Below, piece after piece: positions 1-13,411 of a stretch of DNA of 64,000 bases. The notes beneath the pieces were generated by a model. It did not search any database. It had not been told where the DNA came from and worked only from the letters and a program-made list of their open reading frames with translations. This stretch comes from Phoronis australis (taxonomy: Eukaryota; Animalia; Phoronida): contig NMRA01000724.1 in NCBI GenBank assembly GCA_002633005.1, positions 68,328 to 132,327 of the forward strand, given 5' to 3'. A program made the translations under genes and the position numbers. How positions within the stretch are numbered: the stretch's first letter is position 1; the number at the start of each line of letters is the position of its first letter.

Positions 1-2402
1 GGATGTCCCTGGTATGTGAATGCCCGGGACCGTCGCCCCGTCGGCCCCCAAGATGCTGGGCTCACCGAATTAGTTTTCTTTACAATCGCTTACATAAAGA
101 CACCTCTGGCAAATTGGTTTAATGATTGAAATCCTTTTGAAAACGAATTAACTTTGGTACACGATGACAGTTGTGTTTTAATGTCATTTTCGTGTATTTC
201 CGAGTTGATATTGATGCTCTGACGCCAGTTGCAGATAATTTTTTTTTCTGGATTTGAGCTCATCAAATAATAAACTTTTGACTTCTACTCAAAAAGTTAC
301 ATCATCGTTTTTTCTTGTATGTGTTAATTTGATGCCCATATAAAAATGGTGGTCTCCAACTTCATTTTGTGTCATTATAAGAATGAGCAATTTGACCTCA
401 AAAGGTCGCCAATTTCAAGATTACTGTTACCCGCTACTTGTCACTAGATGGCGTTTATGCTATCTATATGGGATTATGAAATAATTTTTGTTGATTCGAA
501 AAATAGTCAAGAAATTTCTTCTTTAATAAATTCGAAATTGTCAAACCTTGTTTATGTTTTTAATCATTTAATGCTACATCAAGTGGTGATTCCTTTTTCA
601 CAAATTGTAAATTATGAAATGCCTCATTATCACTGAAAAATATTGCGTCTCTCATATGTGTCAAAAGCAACTTAAAATGATGTGCACCAAAAAGTTGTGA
701 CAATAGTGAGACAGTTTGAAAATTTTGACAAGTGACAAATTGTGACTTGCCATTAAACATGAATCCATTCTCCGCCAGCCTGAAACAAATTGTTTTTTAC
801 CCTTGGCAACTAGCCCTTGGTGAAGAAGTATAGTGGGTTACACTGAACCCTTGGCCTGCTTCATGAGGTTGCAGGTCCTAACATCAACCCTGAATTGCTT
901 TTGAGTAGTCATTACATAAACATCACAAAACTGAAACTCTGCAGTTCACATTTTCACCTAAATTAGCCAGTAAATCGTTTTTGCAATTTTAAAGTTTTTG
1001 TGTCAAAACAACTCTCCAAGCAATGTACAGATTGAGCATGGTTCTTTAAACAATACGAGGTGCGTGTATGTAGTATGGTTGGTCACAATTTGCTCACATA
1101 GTTCGTTTTTGGTTTATTTTCTACTACTAATTCTTTTTGTCCTCAGTTATTCTCACAGTACCTTGTTTGCTGCCATTGTTAATATTGAATGTTTTTGTTC
1201 TTTAACATCTTCATCTGTAAAAAGTCATAATACATATCAACTTTACTGGTGTAGGGAAGTGGTTTTAAAAGTTATCACAAACTTAAGATTAATGGTTTAA
1301 AAAAGCTATCAAATAGCATTATATTTTGAAACAACAAATTGGTGCAATATCATTTAAAACTTGAGCAGAACATGGCTGCCCTTTTAGAAACAGAACTGGT
1401 CCAACAATAATGCGGCTTTTGCCTGTGATGGTTTGTGGGACATTGTTTTGCTCATCCAAATGCACCTTAAATTACTAATTATAAGTACTATGTGCATAAT
1501 GCTGCAAAATTGATCCTCAAATCATGAATGCTGTCCAGTCATAATGTGAAATTTTATTTTTGTTATCCACTTGGTTGTGATAGTTCGCCTGCTCATAAAT
1601 GTGCATTATATTTCTATTACGAATGTGTGTTTTGTACTACAATTATTGTCTGCTAATAGTTGAATAATAATAGTTAAATGGTGGACTAGCTGTCGGTTGT
1701 CTTATTTATAGTAAAGCAGTTAGAAGGGAGTGGGATTCTGTACTACTTAGTGCCTTGGGTTTCGTAGATAGTTGTCTTCAAGTGCTTTGGATGACAAAAG
1801 TTAGTCTGATGTCAGTTTTAGTAGTGTTTGTAATAAAAGTCTGATGTCAGTATCAGTAGTGTTTGAAATAAAAGCGAAGAACTTATTATGCGCTTGTTTT
1901 TGTGTTTGTACACGTATCTCGTTCAGAGCTATCAAATTCACCACTTCAACTCATATCCGGTCGTGTCTCGAAATGCGCAACTAAAACATGGCACCACCGC
2001 TTTAATTCTCAAGAAACACAGACCAGAGTACGGTCTGTAATCGTTTTACTCTAAAGGGACACAAAATTATGTCTGGCATGTTCTACTCTACTTTTGTGTG
2101 CACTCAAAATTAGTGTCTATTATTCTATGCTCGAGTACATAATGACTTTCGTGGATAATTTATTAGTCCTATTTCGCAGCTGATTAACCCAACATTAAGG
2201 CTAAAACTTTGAACTCGAAATTTCGAGTTTTTACTCGAGTTTGTAGCATGAATATCAGGGTCTTCAAGTGCAAACTGGGAATTGAAATTCGTACGCGTAA
2301 ACTATAACGTATTCGAACACAGTATGATAACCACTTATCTTGAGTTCGCACAAAAGGAGCAGAGAAATTACCAAAAATAATATTGAGTTCGTTTCGAGTA
2401 CA
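1..2402. repeat. Segmental direct repeat copy A (runs off the left edge)
   Basis: Colinear and highly similar to 6684-9027 with scattered substitutions and small indels. Confidence 0.95.
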
Positions 2403-2422
2403 AAGCTTATAGAAACCGGACC
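2027..2422. mobile_element. PIF/Harbinger-type MITE (right-truncated twin at about 8715-9027)
   Basis: Flanked by CAG on both sides. The right end aaccggacc is complementary to the left end ggtccggt of the twin copy. Confidence 0.55.
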
Positions 2423-3771
2423 CAGGACCAATGGTGTTTTTCTGGATCTTGGTTACCGCCCCATACTCGGCAAAAAGTATTCAGCTGAATAACATCTATC
2501 GTTCTTTGTAGCAGAATACATCAGATGATCATTTCAGGTCAGCTTCCAAGCCAGCTTTCGGTCTGATTTTTTGTATAATCCAGAAGCTCTGATGGAATTT
2601 TTGATTTACGATATTAAATAGTACTTAGCCTTGTAGCGTGTATATGGTAACCGCTAAATTAATTTTATTTAAACGACTCGAAAGCTGGAATTCTGGGTGG
2701 TGCATTGTTTTCTCGTCTTTACTTGTATAGTATCTAATATTTTTATGGACATCACTATAAACTGAATAAATCAAATTAAAACAAACTGTGTCACCGTGCT
2801 GGCGAACTACTTCAGATTTTGCCAACTTGAAATGAGTCGAATGTAATTGTTGCTCCCATTCTCAACTCGTACACTTTTACGTTACAACCCTTGGGATTTT
2901 TTTCCAGAACCAAATAACGCTAATCGCAATAATATATGAAAAACTCGTTTGGACGTTCCATACTGAGGAACTTGTAAAAATTACATTGGGGAGGCTCAAA
3001 TGGAAAAAGGCTCAATTCCACGACGATAAAAAAATTATAGTACCGACGATAAAAAGTCTATAGTACCGACGAGAAAAAATAATGCCAGGTGACCTGGATT
3101 AAAGATACCCTATGCCCAGACGGCGAGTGACTAAGATAAACCGGCGACACGGACACAGGATGTTTTCCAATTAAAAAAATAAGTCACTGCTCAGGTGAGT
3201 AGGGAAACTTGGAAAAAACAAAGTGGTGGAGGTATTTATTTGACCTCTGTAAAAACAACTATAAAAATACAGCGGTAAATCCTGGCATATGAACAGAAAT
3301 AAGCCAAGCTTGCCGCTTGTTCACATTGTCCACGTCTGAAATACGTGTATTAAGTTACACAGTATAGTGATTCTTAAATCAGAAAAGAATAGGAAAGAAA
3401 AACATTTTGGTATATCAGAAAAATGTATTATTAATTTAGTACTGTAATACTAAACGGAATGTCCACTTTCGTCTTTAAAATAGATCAAGATAGCATATTT
3501 GGGTCTTGCCCGGGGTAAGCAGCAACATTGAAATTCATTTGAAATTTATAGTTGGTCAACAGGAGAAAACATTCCCTTCATTACTTCTGTTTGCCACTAA
3601 TAGAAAAGGTATACAAGCCTGAAGATGCCTGAAAATGTACGTTAATTTTAATCATACGTTAGTTTTTGCTGTCCCTTTTGTAATCGCGGCCTAAATGTCC
3701 TCGAATAAATTTGAGGAAACTTTCCGTACAAGTTGAATATTCCATTCACGCACATTAAATTAAAACGTTAA

Positions 3772-3919
3772 CAATAAATTTGACACGAACGAGCGAAATG
3801 CTCAACAATTAACAATAGTAAAATTATGAAATAGTACCCAGGTATCAATAAATTTGACACGAACGAGCGAAATGCTAAACAATTAAAAATAGTAAAATTA
3901 TGAAATAGTACCCAGGTAC
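3772..3919. repeat. Two-copy tandem duplication of about 75 bp
   Basis: aataaatttgacacgaacgagcgaaatgct...tatgaaatagtacccaggta occurs twice head to tail. Confidence 0.9.
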
Positions 3920-4149
3920 CTGGACTTGAAATATTAAATAGGATTACTTTGATGGACGTCAGAATTGAGATCGTTCCACCAAAGTGGAAAACGGGTGTTT
4001 ACCACAATTAGTCCTGGTTTTATGAATATAAATAATTCCACCCTCACTAGACCTGTTGCTATTATTATTGTAACCTTGTTTACTAATTACATTTTGTCAC
4101 AACAATACTCATTTGCTATGCTATGGAGACAATTGAGCATAGCTAAACA

Positions 4150-4500
4150 CATATAATAATCCCTACGCACATCTGATTTGAGCCAGTCAAAACTAGAGTG
4201 CATACAGTCGATACTTGTACATTTGTTTGCCTGAAAAATGCTTCGTGCAGCTAACTTTTATGTGAAGACCTGAGTGCAACATCGCAATATTCTGAACTTG
4301 GCAAGACTAAGGCTATGTACAATAGATTTAGAAAACCGAGATCAAAAAGCGTTCTTAATATTTTAAGCTGTCCAATTTTCTGTGGCACTTAGAACACAAA
4401 TGAAATCTACATGTACGTGACAGGTAAGATGTCTATCAAGAAAAATGCCTAAATATTTTACATTACTTACATGCCCCAGAGAGGAATTATAAACAGGAAA
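4150..4500 (-). mobile_element. Degenerate LINE (CR1/L2-type) ORF2 C-terminal fragment
   Basis: VKYLGIFLDRHLTCHVHVDFIC and downstream LLYIALVLPSSEYCDVA match the KYLG..D..L.W..H and LY..LV.P.LEYC motifs of the LINE RT thumb region. Boundaries approximate. Confidence 0.75.
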
Positions 4501-4606
4501 ATGAAGAGATGTTACAAATTCAAACTTCTGGTGGGAAAGAAACCACAGGTCCCACGCCGTGTCTTGGAAAAACGTCAAGATCAGAATTTCCACTCACTAG
4601 ACACTA

Positions 4607-6187
4607 CTAATTGTTTTTCTTTAAATCTTGAACTTTGATGGTGCCCATTCTCCTAATGTTTGTATACGTTGTTTTGAAACACAAGTAGATTGCCAATGAA
4701 GTCAATAAGAAACAACCCATAATAAAAGCAGCGATGTCGATCATTGCAGATTTCCACACTGGCATATCTAAGGAAACTGGACGTAGATATTTTCCACCAT
4801 TTTTCATGACGTAATCAATCCAAAAAGCTGCTGTTTTTCTGGGTGTCATTGGTTTGGATTTAAAAGCGGTCGACGCCTTCTTTATGTTTACAGCGTACGT
4901 AGGATCATCAAGTATTGTTGTTACGGCGTTAACGACATCATCAGGCGTGAACGTTTTTAAGTCCAGCCACAGACCAAAGCCCTTATTTTCGATAATCCTT
5001 GCATTGACTGGTTGGTCATTTGGAGTTATGGGCAGTCCGAGCAGTGGTACACCATGATACAATGCCTCGTACAAACTGTTGGCTCCACAGTGGGTAATGA
5101 AGAGTTTAGTATTAGAGTGACCGAGAATATCATTTTGAGGAATCCATTCTTCTAATCTCACATTTGAACTAAGACGAAGACTAGATGGGTCGTGAACTTT
5201 CATAACAACCTTTTGTTTTAAGCGGGAAAAGGCATCTAGGACGTTCTGCAGGTAGATTACAGGCAATGTCTTCAAAACTGATCCCAGGGAGAACAAGACA
5301 ACCCCATTTTCTGCACTAGACATGAACGATTCCAGGCTTTCTTGTAGAGGCTTAGCTGGTGCTGTTGTTAGTCCACCAACAAGTATGGAATTGGGCATTA
5401 ACGCCCCTGGATAGCCCAAAATGGGATCTTTTGTTCCATATAACCACAGTAAACATTCGGACATAAGTTCTCGAAAACACAGGTCAGCTTTTGCGTGGGA
5501 AAGGTGCTTTTTAATTAACCATTGTCCATCCTTGGGAAAATCGGCAAAGTTGAAAATAAGCATTTCAACAAATGTTCGCAGGCGTCCGAAGATGTTCATC
5601 GTAATTGGCGTTAGTTTTGTGAAGGGATTCACCTCTACTACTGGCCAAAACGGTGCTCCAGATAAGAAAGTCTCAGACGCAGGAGTTTCGGCAACAAATG
5701 GAACACCTAGCTTTTGGGGAAGCAAAGCAAAGCAACGTGTGAATGGTATGCCATCTAGCAGTACCAAGTCGACTTTCTCATTTCTCACTCTGTTCAAGAA
5801 TTCCTCGTCTGAAAGCAAGGCGTCACAATAGTGAATGCTTCTTTCGCTCATCTCATCAAGCAGGTAATACAAGGACGTGTGAGTGGAGTCTTCCATTAGC
5901 TTGTCCATGTCCTTACCAAATGGCATTGGAACATGAGATCGTGAAGTTTTAAATGTTATTACAGAAATGTTGGTGTTTTTCAAAACTTTTTCAGTCGGAA
6001 CCGTCTCCTCAACTACAGTACTCACTCGGTGACCCATTTTGGTCAATTCATCTCCTATGGCAGCGTGTTGAAACATGTGGCTAAACACGGGTGCACTGAC
6101 CAATAGAATGTGTTCTGAATGGCAAAGGTAAGGTTGCAGACTTAATATGATTGCGCAAAATACGCCTCTCACCTTGACACCGGCCAT
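4607..6187 (-). CDS. Intronless UDP-glucuronosyltransferase (GT1/UGT family), ER type I membrane protein, about 526 aa from the ATG at 6187
   Basis: Signal peptide (MAGVKVRGVFCAIILSLQPYLCHS), catalytic His in VFSHM, UGT signature WIPQNDILGHSNTKLFITHCGANSLYEALYHGVPLLGLPITPNDQ, C-terminal TM helix and KKxx ER-retrieval end (LKKNN*). The ORF track starts at a GTG at 6289; the signal peptide favours ATG 6187. Confidence 0.95.
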   Translation of the reverse strand: MAGVKVRGVFCAIILSLQPYLCHSEHILLVSAPVFSHMFQHAAIGDELTKMGHRVSTVVEETVPTEKVLKNTNISVITFKTSRSHVPMPFGKDMDKLMEDSTHTSLYYLLDEMSERSIHYCDALLSDEEFLNRVRNEKVDLVLLDGIPFTRCFALLPQKLGVPFVAETPASETFLSGAPFWPVVEVNPFTKLTPITMNIFGRLRTFVEMLIFNFADFPKDGQWLIKKHLSHAKADLCFRELMSECLLWLYGTKDPILGYPGALMPNSILVGGLTTAPAKPLQESLESFMSSAENGVVLFSLGSVLKTLPVIYLQNVLDAFSRLKQKVVMKVHDPSSLRLSSNVRLEEWIPQNDILGHSNTKLFITHCGANSLYEALYHGVPLLGLPITPNDQPVNARIIENKGFGLWLDLKTFTPDDVVNAVTTILDDPTYAVNIKKASTAFKSKPMTPRKTAAFWIDYVMKNGGKYLRPVSLDMPVWKSAMIDIAAFIMGCFLLTSLAIYLCFKTTYTNIRRMGTIKVQDLKKNN

Positions 6188-6683
6188 GTAAATTCTTTGC
6201 TCGGAAGGGAATAAACCACTGGCTGATATAACAGGTGACCCCAGGCCAAGAACTTCCTGGAGCATATGATAGGTCAAGGTCCATTGCACTGTTTACAGTT
6301 CAATTGGTCTAGTAGGTTAAGATCAACATCCTTATAATGGTTATTACCTAGAAAAGTTTTTATAATATCACCCAACCCATTTCGCGCTCAAACTGTCATT
6401 CTTCACGAATATTCTCTATGACGCGATTCAAGTAATTAATACATTGATTAATTAAGGGATTTGGCAAGTTTTATATCGTTGATTGTATACTTTGTATGTT
6501 GGTCTTTGTCTACCACAAATCAGCAAAAAGTGGGTTTTACCCATGCATTAGCTTGCAGAGGTTTAGTGATGCCTGGGGCGATTTTTATTGGATGACCTTC
6601 TCTCTATTCAAGTGCATGGAACCTAGTACTAAGAAAAGTAAAAAACCTGAAACATAATTACAAAAAGTTTATTCATAATGATT

Positions 6684-9027
6684 GGATGCCCTTGGTATGT
6701 GAATGCCCGGGACCGTGGCCCCGTCGGCCCCCCTTCTGCAAGATGCTGGGCTAACCGAGTTAGTTTCCTTTACAATCGCCTACACAAAGACACCTCTGGC
6801 AAAATGGTTTAATGATTGAAATCCTTTTGAAAACGAATTAACTTTGGTACACGATGACAGTTGTGTTTTAATGTCATTTTCGTATATTTCCGAGTTGATA
6901 CTGATGCTCTGACGCCACTTGCAGATAATTTTTTTCTGGATTTGAGCTCGTCAAATAATAAACTTTTGACTTCTACTCAAAAAGTTACATCATCGTTTTT
7001 TCTTGTATGTGTTAATTTGATGCCCATATACAAATGGTGGTCACCAACTTCCTTTTGTGTCATTATAAGAATGAGCAATTTGAACTCAAAAGGTCGCCAA
7101 ATTCAAGATTACTGTTACCCGCTATTTGTCACTAGATGGCGTTTATGCTATCTTTTTGGGATTAGGAAATAATTTTTGTTGATTCGAAAAATAGTCAAGA
7201 AATTTCTTCTTTAATAAATTCGAAATTGTCAAACCTTATTTGGGTTTTTAATCATTTAATGCTGCATCAAGTGGTGATTCCTTTTTCACAAATTGTAAAT
7301 TATGAAATGCCTCATTATCACTGAAAAATATTGCGTCTCTCATATGTGTCAAAAGCAACTTAAAAAGATGTGCTCCAAAAAGTTGTGACAATAGTGAGAC
7401 AGTTTGAAAATTTTGACAAGTGACAAATTGTGACTTGCCATTAAGCATTAATCCATTCTCCGCCTGAAACAAATTGTTTTGTACCCTTGGCAACTAGCCC
7501 TTGGTGAAGAAGTATATAGTGGGTTACACTGAACCCTTGGCCTGCTTCATGAGGTTGCAGGTCCTAACATCAAGCCTGAATTGCTTTTGAGTAGTCACTA
7601 CATAAACATCACAAAACTGAAACTCTGCAGTTCACATTTTCACCTAAATTAGCCAGTAAATCCTTTTTGCAATTTTAAAATTTTCATGTCAAAACAACTC
7701 TCCAAGCAATGTACACTGATTGAGCATGGTTTTTTAAGCAATACGAGGTGCGTGTATGTAGTATGGTTGGTCACAGTTTGCTCACATAGTTCGTTTTGGG
7801 TTTATTTTTTACTATTAATTCTTTTTGTCCTCAGTTATTCTCACTATACCTTGTTTGCTGCCATTGTTGATATTGAATGTTTTTGTTCTTTGACATCTTC
7901 ATCTGTAAAAAGTCAGTGATAATACATATCAATTTTTGTGGTGTAGCGAAGTGGTTTTAAAAGTTATCACAAACCAAAGTTATTATTGGTTTTAAATAGC
8001 TATTAAATAGCATTATATTTTGAGACAACAAACTGATGCAAAATCGTTTAAAACTTGAGCAGAACATGACTGCCCTTTTAGAAACAGAACTGGTCGAACA
8101 ATAATGCGGCTTTTGCCTGTGATGGTCTGTGGGACATTGTTTTGCTCACCCAAATGCACATTAAATTACTAATTATAAGTACTATATGCATAATGCTGCA
8201 AAATTGATCCTCAAATCATGAATGCTGTCCAGTCATAATGTGAAATTTCATTTTTGTTATCCACTTGGTTGTGATAGTTTGCCTGCTTATAAATGTGCAT
8301 TATATTTCTATTATGAATGTGTGTTTTGTACTACAATTATTGTCTGCTAATAGTTGAATAATAATAAATAAATGGTGGGCTAGCTATCGGTTGTCTTATT
8401 TATGGTAAAGCAGTAAGAATGGAGTGGGATTCTGTACTTCTTAGTGCCTTGGGTTTCGTAGATAGTTGTCTACAAGTGCTTTGGATGAAAAAAGTTAGCC
8501 TGATGTCAGTTTTAGTAGTGTTTGTAATAAATGTCTGATGTCACTATTGGTGGTGTTTGAAATAGAAGCGAAGAGCTATAACGCGCTTGTTTTTGTGTTT
8601 GTATCTCATTCAGAGCTATCAAATTCACCACTTCAACTCATATCCGGTCGTGTTTTGAAATGCGCAACTAAAAATATCGCATCACCGCTTTAATGCTCAA
8701 GAAACACAGGCCAGGGTCCGGTCTCTTTAATCGCTTTAAATGGGACACGAAATTATGGCTGGCATATTCTACTCTACTTTTGTGCGAACTCAAGATTAGT
8801 GTCTATCATTCTATGCTCGAGTACATAATGACTTACGTGGATAATTTATTAGTCCTAGTTCGCTGTTGATAAACCCAACATTAAGGCTAAAAGTTTGAAC
8901 TCGAAATTTCGAGTTTTTACTCGAGTTTGTAGCACCAATATCAGGGTCTTCAAGTGCAAACTGGGACTTGAAACTCATATGCGTAAACTAATATTGTAAA
9001 AATAATATCGAGTTCGTTTCGAGTACA
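6684..9027. repeat. Segmental direct repeat copy B (5' flank of the UGT gene)
   Basis: Matches 1-2402. Similarity ends at gagttcgtttcgagtaca, inside a MITE. Confidence 0.95.
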
Positions 9028-11317
9028 GAGATTTTTTTTGCGTGAAATTTTCCAGTCAGCAAGGGTTGGGGGCAGGGTGATTTGAATTTTTCTTACAACT
9101 CTTGCTTTCATTCGATCGCTTGTATAGAAAATTATCGTACATGGTTTCCGTGACTTTGGGTCGCATTACAGACTATTGGTAAGCGCATTTAAGCTTCTAC
9201 CGGTGGTTGGATCTAAACTTGACTTTCTTTCACTTCTTTCTGCAGTTCACTTAAGTCTTATATATATTCAGATCTAAAAGATATATTTATTATTCATTAA
9301 TTGTTTTTATTATTTTATTATTGTTATTCTACGTTTATTTTTATCTACGATTATTACTTGTTTTTTATTATTAATTTATTTATTCATTATTACCTATTGA
9401 AAATTATGCTGCTTACGGTGCAATATTGCACGCATTGCGACTGCTCTTGTTTACAAAGCTATCGTTGTCCAGCTCCGGTTATAAAATATTGCTTGTCCAA
9501 AATTATTGCCAAAACGACTCAACAGCGGTTAACGAAGCATGACACAGATATACGGGAGAGATACAATTGGCACTTGTCAAGTTTGTTGCAACTTGACTGT
9601 AGTTCGATGTGCACATTTATTTTTTATCGTGGTGTGTGCTTCTGTGGCATAACTTTTGCGGCAAGTCTTGAAGTATAATTTGTCATAGGAAGTGCATTTG
9701 AAAGAAATGTTCATTTAAAGGGCTTTTACATTGGTAGTATTACTATCTTGGAGTTTCTAGTATCTTGGAAACCCCTTACCTCCAGTTGTTTCGATTTAGT
9801 ATCAAAACATTGAGACGTAATAATTGTTGCCTCGGCATCCTCATTACCCTCAATGGTAATGTCGTTTGTTTTGATTTTGTTTTGAGAGGTGTCTTAAATT
9901 ATAAATCGGTGTGGTTATACTGTGGTCGGAATGGAGGTCATCGGTGTTATTTTTGGTTTAAAAAACGGCTTCATTCTTATGTTATCTACTTTGAAATTCA
10001 GCTGGCCACTTTTTACCCACCGATATAGGCCTGATAATGCCTTTAAATAACAACTGATAGTCGATTTAATAAAACGTGAGTTGATTAAACATTACTTTTT
10101 CCTGTTTCATGAGCGCTGGAGGGCATAAAAATTGCCCCCAATGGACTGCCCTGTGTATTCAATAGGCATCTAGACTCGGCTGTTTATTTTTGTTTGGGGT
10201 GGGGGGGTGTAAGATAAAGGTTTACTGGTCTGCAGGCAGGAATTCCAATCCCACCGAATTTCAACCCCTCTCCCGGTTGACCCCAATTTCACTGACCACC
10301 CAACCCCAGTCGCTGCCTATTTCAGAACCCATCCGGCACGGCCTCCTGGGTTTTCAGACCCACTAGGCTACTTGAATATATGGTGTATTAAGGGGTGAAT
10401 CTTCGAGAAACAAATGTCTGGATCCCTGTTCGGATGTCATAAGAGCGTATTTTTGGGAAAATGTAACGTTTTTCGTGGTTCCTTCAGCAGGTCTATCCCT
10501 GGAAAAAATCGCGTATGATCTTTATCTGCATCCTCAAATCGCCCACTTCCGGTCACCAACCATTAATCAACCCCTGCTTATGATGTAGTTCCCGTAATTT
10601 TCGTGAGTCACTGTCCTAGTTTTCGATTTACTCAAGTTTTCCCCTGTTTTGTGTATTTTTTCACTACAGCGTTCATATTTTGAATTCTAAATATCATACA
10701 AAAGGCACTCTGCAATTTTGAATTTAACAAGACAAAATCGGACATGATTGTTTTAACGTTTCGCGTGCTTCCGTAGGGCTACCATGCGTATAGTTCGTCT
10801 ATTTCCGCCTGTTCATTATAACGTATAGTACCGCATATAGTAATATCAACTTTTGCAAAGTATTTGGCAGGTTAACTACATTTTGGAATACACTGAAATA
10901 CTACTTATAGGCTATCCCGTTCAACTCCTTTGCTATGTAGAAGGGCTCTCGCTAATCGTCTCGATCGCATCTCCCGTTCAATGGATTCAAAATGCGTCTT
11001 AAATCGTCGAGTTTGCACACTTTTTCAAACTAAGAGCTAGTTTTCTGTACCACTCGCTGAATATTTACGATGACAGCCTCGCGGTACCATAATAAAACTT
11101 TCATAGTGCGTGCGTTTGACAATAATGTGCAATGATTTTGCTTTGGTGACTACCCGGCTAGGCGAAACGTTAGCCTACTCGAATTTTAGTGCAGTGAAAG
11201 CAGGATACCGTGAAAATGTTCAATTGTTCTTTCTTTTAAGGTAATTGATACGATTGGTTAAAAAGTGTGTTGCTTGGAAACGGGTTTTCTCCAATTAAAA
11301 TTTAAAGGGACAGGAGC

Positions 11318-11563
11318 CATGCGCGCACATAGCCTTTAATATAGGGGTAGGGGTGGACCTTTTACTAACAATAAAGCGAGAGGACTAAAAAAAACAAAAA
11401 ACAATGGGGCTCTCCACGTTCGCAGCTGTGAATCAATTGTGCCTTGACACCTTTTTGGAGGAGATTTGTCTCGTTTTCTCGGACTTTTTGTTTCTCATAG
11501 GAGGGCCTTTTTGCCCACTTCGCCAAATAGGGGCTCCTTGGAGCCCCCGTGGGTGCGCGCATG
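11318..11563. mobile_element. MITE with 11-bp TIR CATGCGCGCAC; a related left end lies at about 18966-19035
   Basis: catgcgcgcac...gtgcgcgcatg, flanked by ggagc/gaagc. Shares gtggaccttttactaa with about 19015. Confidence 0.6.
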
Positions 11564-12143
11564 GAAGCGGCTTTAGTTAGTAAAAAAAATTCGCCGAAGA
11601 TCCTTTGAATACGACGTGCAGTGGATTTAGTAGTTAGTGGTCACAGTAAAGGAGGAATGTTCGTTAATGCAGATGCCAGAATGGTCCTAGGCTGCTGAAC
11701 ACGGCGCATTCGTAACGGAACTACGGCTAAGTATAGGCTCTCCCGCGATTAGTCTCCTTATCCCGCGATATCCCAGGCAACCGGCAGTGGCGCTGCGCAC
11801 TACGACTCCGTTTCCGTCGTCTGCTCCACTGTGCAATGAAGAAATTTTACTTCATTTTTTAAAGAAAATGGAACCTGAGTGACGATGAAAAAAACAGAAG
11901 CTGCTGGTAAGATGTGAATTTTAATCGAAGCCTTAGTGAATCACTCAGAAACTCATAATGCTCTCTTTGTCAAACCTTAACTTAAGACGATTTCCAAAGC
12001 AATCCCGTCATTATTGCCAACACGAAAAACGGATTTGGTCTTTTGGACATGTGTAATAAGCATGATAAAAAGAAGTAGGTTTCGCGCGCAAAGGCGCTGT
12101 GGACCATAAACAAGTAGGTCTCTTTTAGATTAGTAGTTAAATC

Positions 12144-12215
12144 GTGGTGGTGTAGTGACTAGTGGTAAAGCACGCGCGCTTTATCCGCCAGGTCGTAAGT
12201 TCGAGTCTGTGGTAC
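12144..12215 (+). pseudogene. tRNA-derived sequence (SINE head or tRNA pseudogene); repeated at 13641-13712
   Basis: A-box-like tagtgactagtggt and B-box-like gttcgagtc at tRNA spacing, but stems pair poorly. Confidence 0.45.
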
Positions 12216-12599
12216 CTACAGTTATTCCTGTTTAACACGTTCGCCGTGTTTTTATTTTTGCCTTTCTTTATTGGATAATACTTCAGGAATCAAGAAAAAT
12301 GCTTGATTTTTAGAGGAAAAAACAGAAAAATTTCCTGGGCGGGAGGGGGCATCTACAATCGTGGTTTGCCCAAATGCTTACAGCCGTACAAAATGTTGGA
12401 CCCCCTCTTGTGATATCTTAGATCCGCCACTGAGTCGTTTTATTGCATTCTTCTTTGCTGTTAGCCTCCTCTCCAATGCCTCAAGATACTGCGGTGGATC
12501 AGTGAGTGCGCTGCGAAACTTTTTTTTCACGAAAGACGTCGCTCTAGTCGGCTTGAGTAGTATACACCGGTGACCTAAAGTCGTGAATATAAGCATAAC

Positions 12600-13411
12600 T
12601 ATGGGCAGCGAAAAGGTTCAAAATAGACAACACTGCCAAATAAACAAGTGGTTTGACAAACAGACAAGTGCTTTGCTAAACAGACAAGTGATTCGTCAAA
12701 TAAACAGGTCAAGAATGCTATGGTTTTCCAAACAGACAAGACAACTTTGCAGATTCTGTCGGATAAACAAGTGCCTACTGTTGAACGAACAAGTAAGTTG
12801 GCAAATGATTAAGTAGGTTACCAAACAGACAAGTAACCTGGTAGGCTCAACTTGTCGGAAGCGGGACAATGTCAACGAGCCAATCCAGGTATGCAGCAAG
12901 GACATCTGTTGTCGAAAATCATGAGTCTATTTTTGGAGTGCAGGGATTCCCAGACACTCTTCTACAAAGAAGATACGAAAGACAAAAGCGCGCGGCTACC
13001 AAAATTTGATCAGCTGGATGTTAAGACTTATTTGTGCAATGGATTGTGGAGATGAAACTGCAGAAAAAGAATTTTTTAATGTTTATTATGAAATTTTCAC
13101 AGAAAGTGCCAACAGGCTTATATATAAAGATATATAAAAATATACACAAATACATGAATAAAATGTTAAGATTACAATGACATGATGGTAATGAATTTAA
13201 ATAAATCATTTTCATTCACAATGAATAATTTCACATGTATACAATTTATCTACTCACACAAAGAGTTCACTCACACGGAGTAACACAGAGATTTAATATT
13301 AAAACGGAATTTTGACACTATTTCGAATAAAACCTTATTTTCATTTAGGTTGAGCTCCAATTTACATCCACTTAGAAAAAAACTGAAGATCTGAATATTT
13401 TTTGTAAACAT
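12600..13411. mobile_element. Left part of an IS3EU-like TIR element running into the N-gap
   Basis: Begins TATGGGCAGCGAAAAGGTTCAAAATAG, nearly identical for about 195 bp to the element at 51251, then diverges. Confidence 0.75.

Noticed and set aside
6188-6289. 34-aa N-terminal extension of the UGT in the ORF track
   Set aside because: It starts at a non-ATG codon, and the signal peptide begins at Met 6187.
1-9027. Direct repeats read as LTRs of a retroelement that captured the UGT
   Set aside because: No TG...CA ends, PBS, PPT or gag/pol were found, and the repeat ends inside a MITE. Segmental duplication is the simpler explanation.
12144-12215. Functional tRNA gene
   Set aside because: Acceptor, anticodon and T stems do not pair convincingly.
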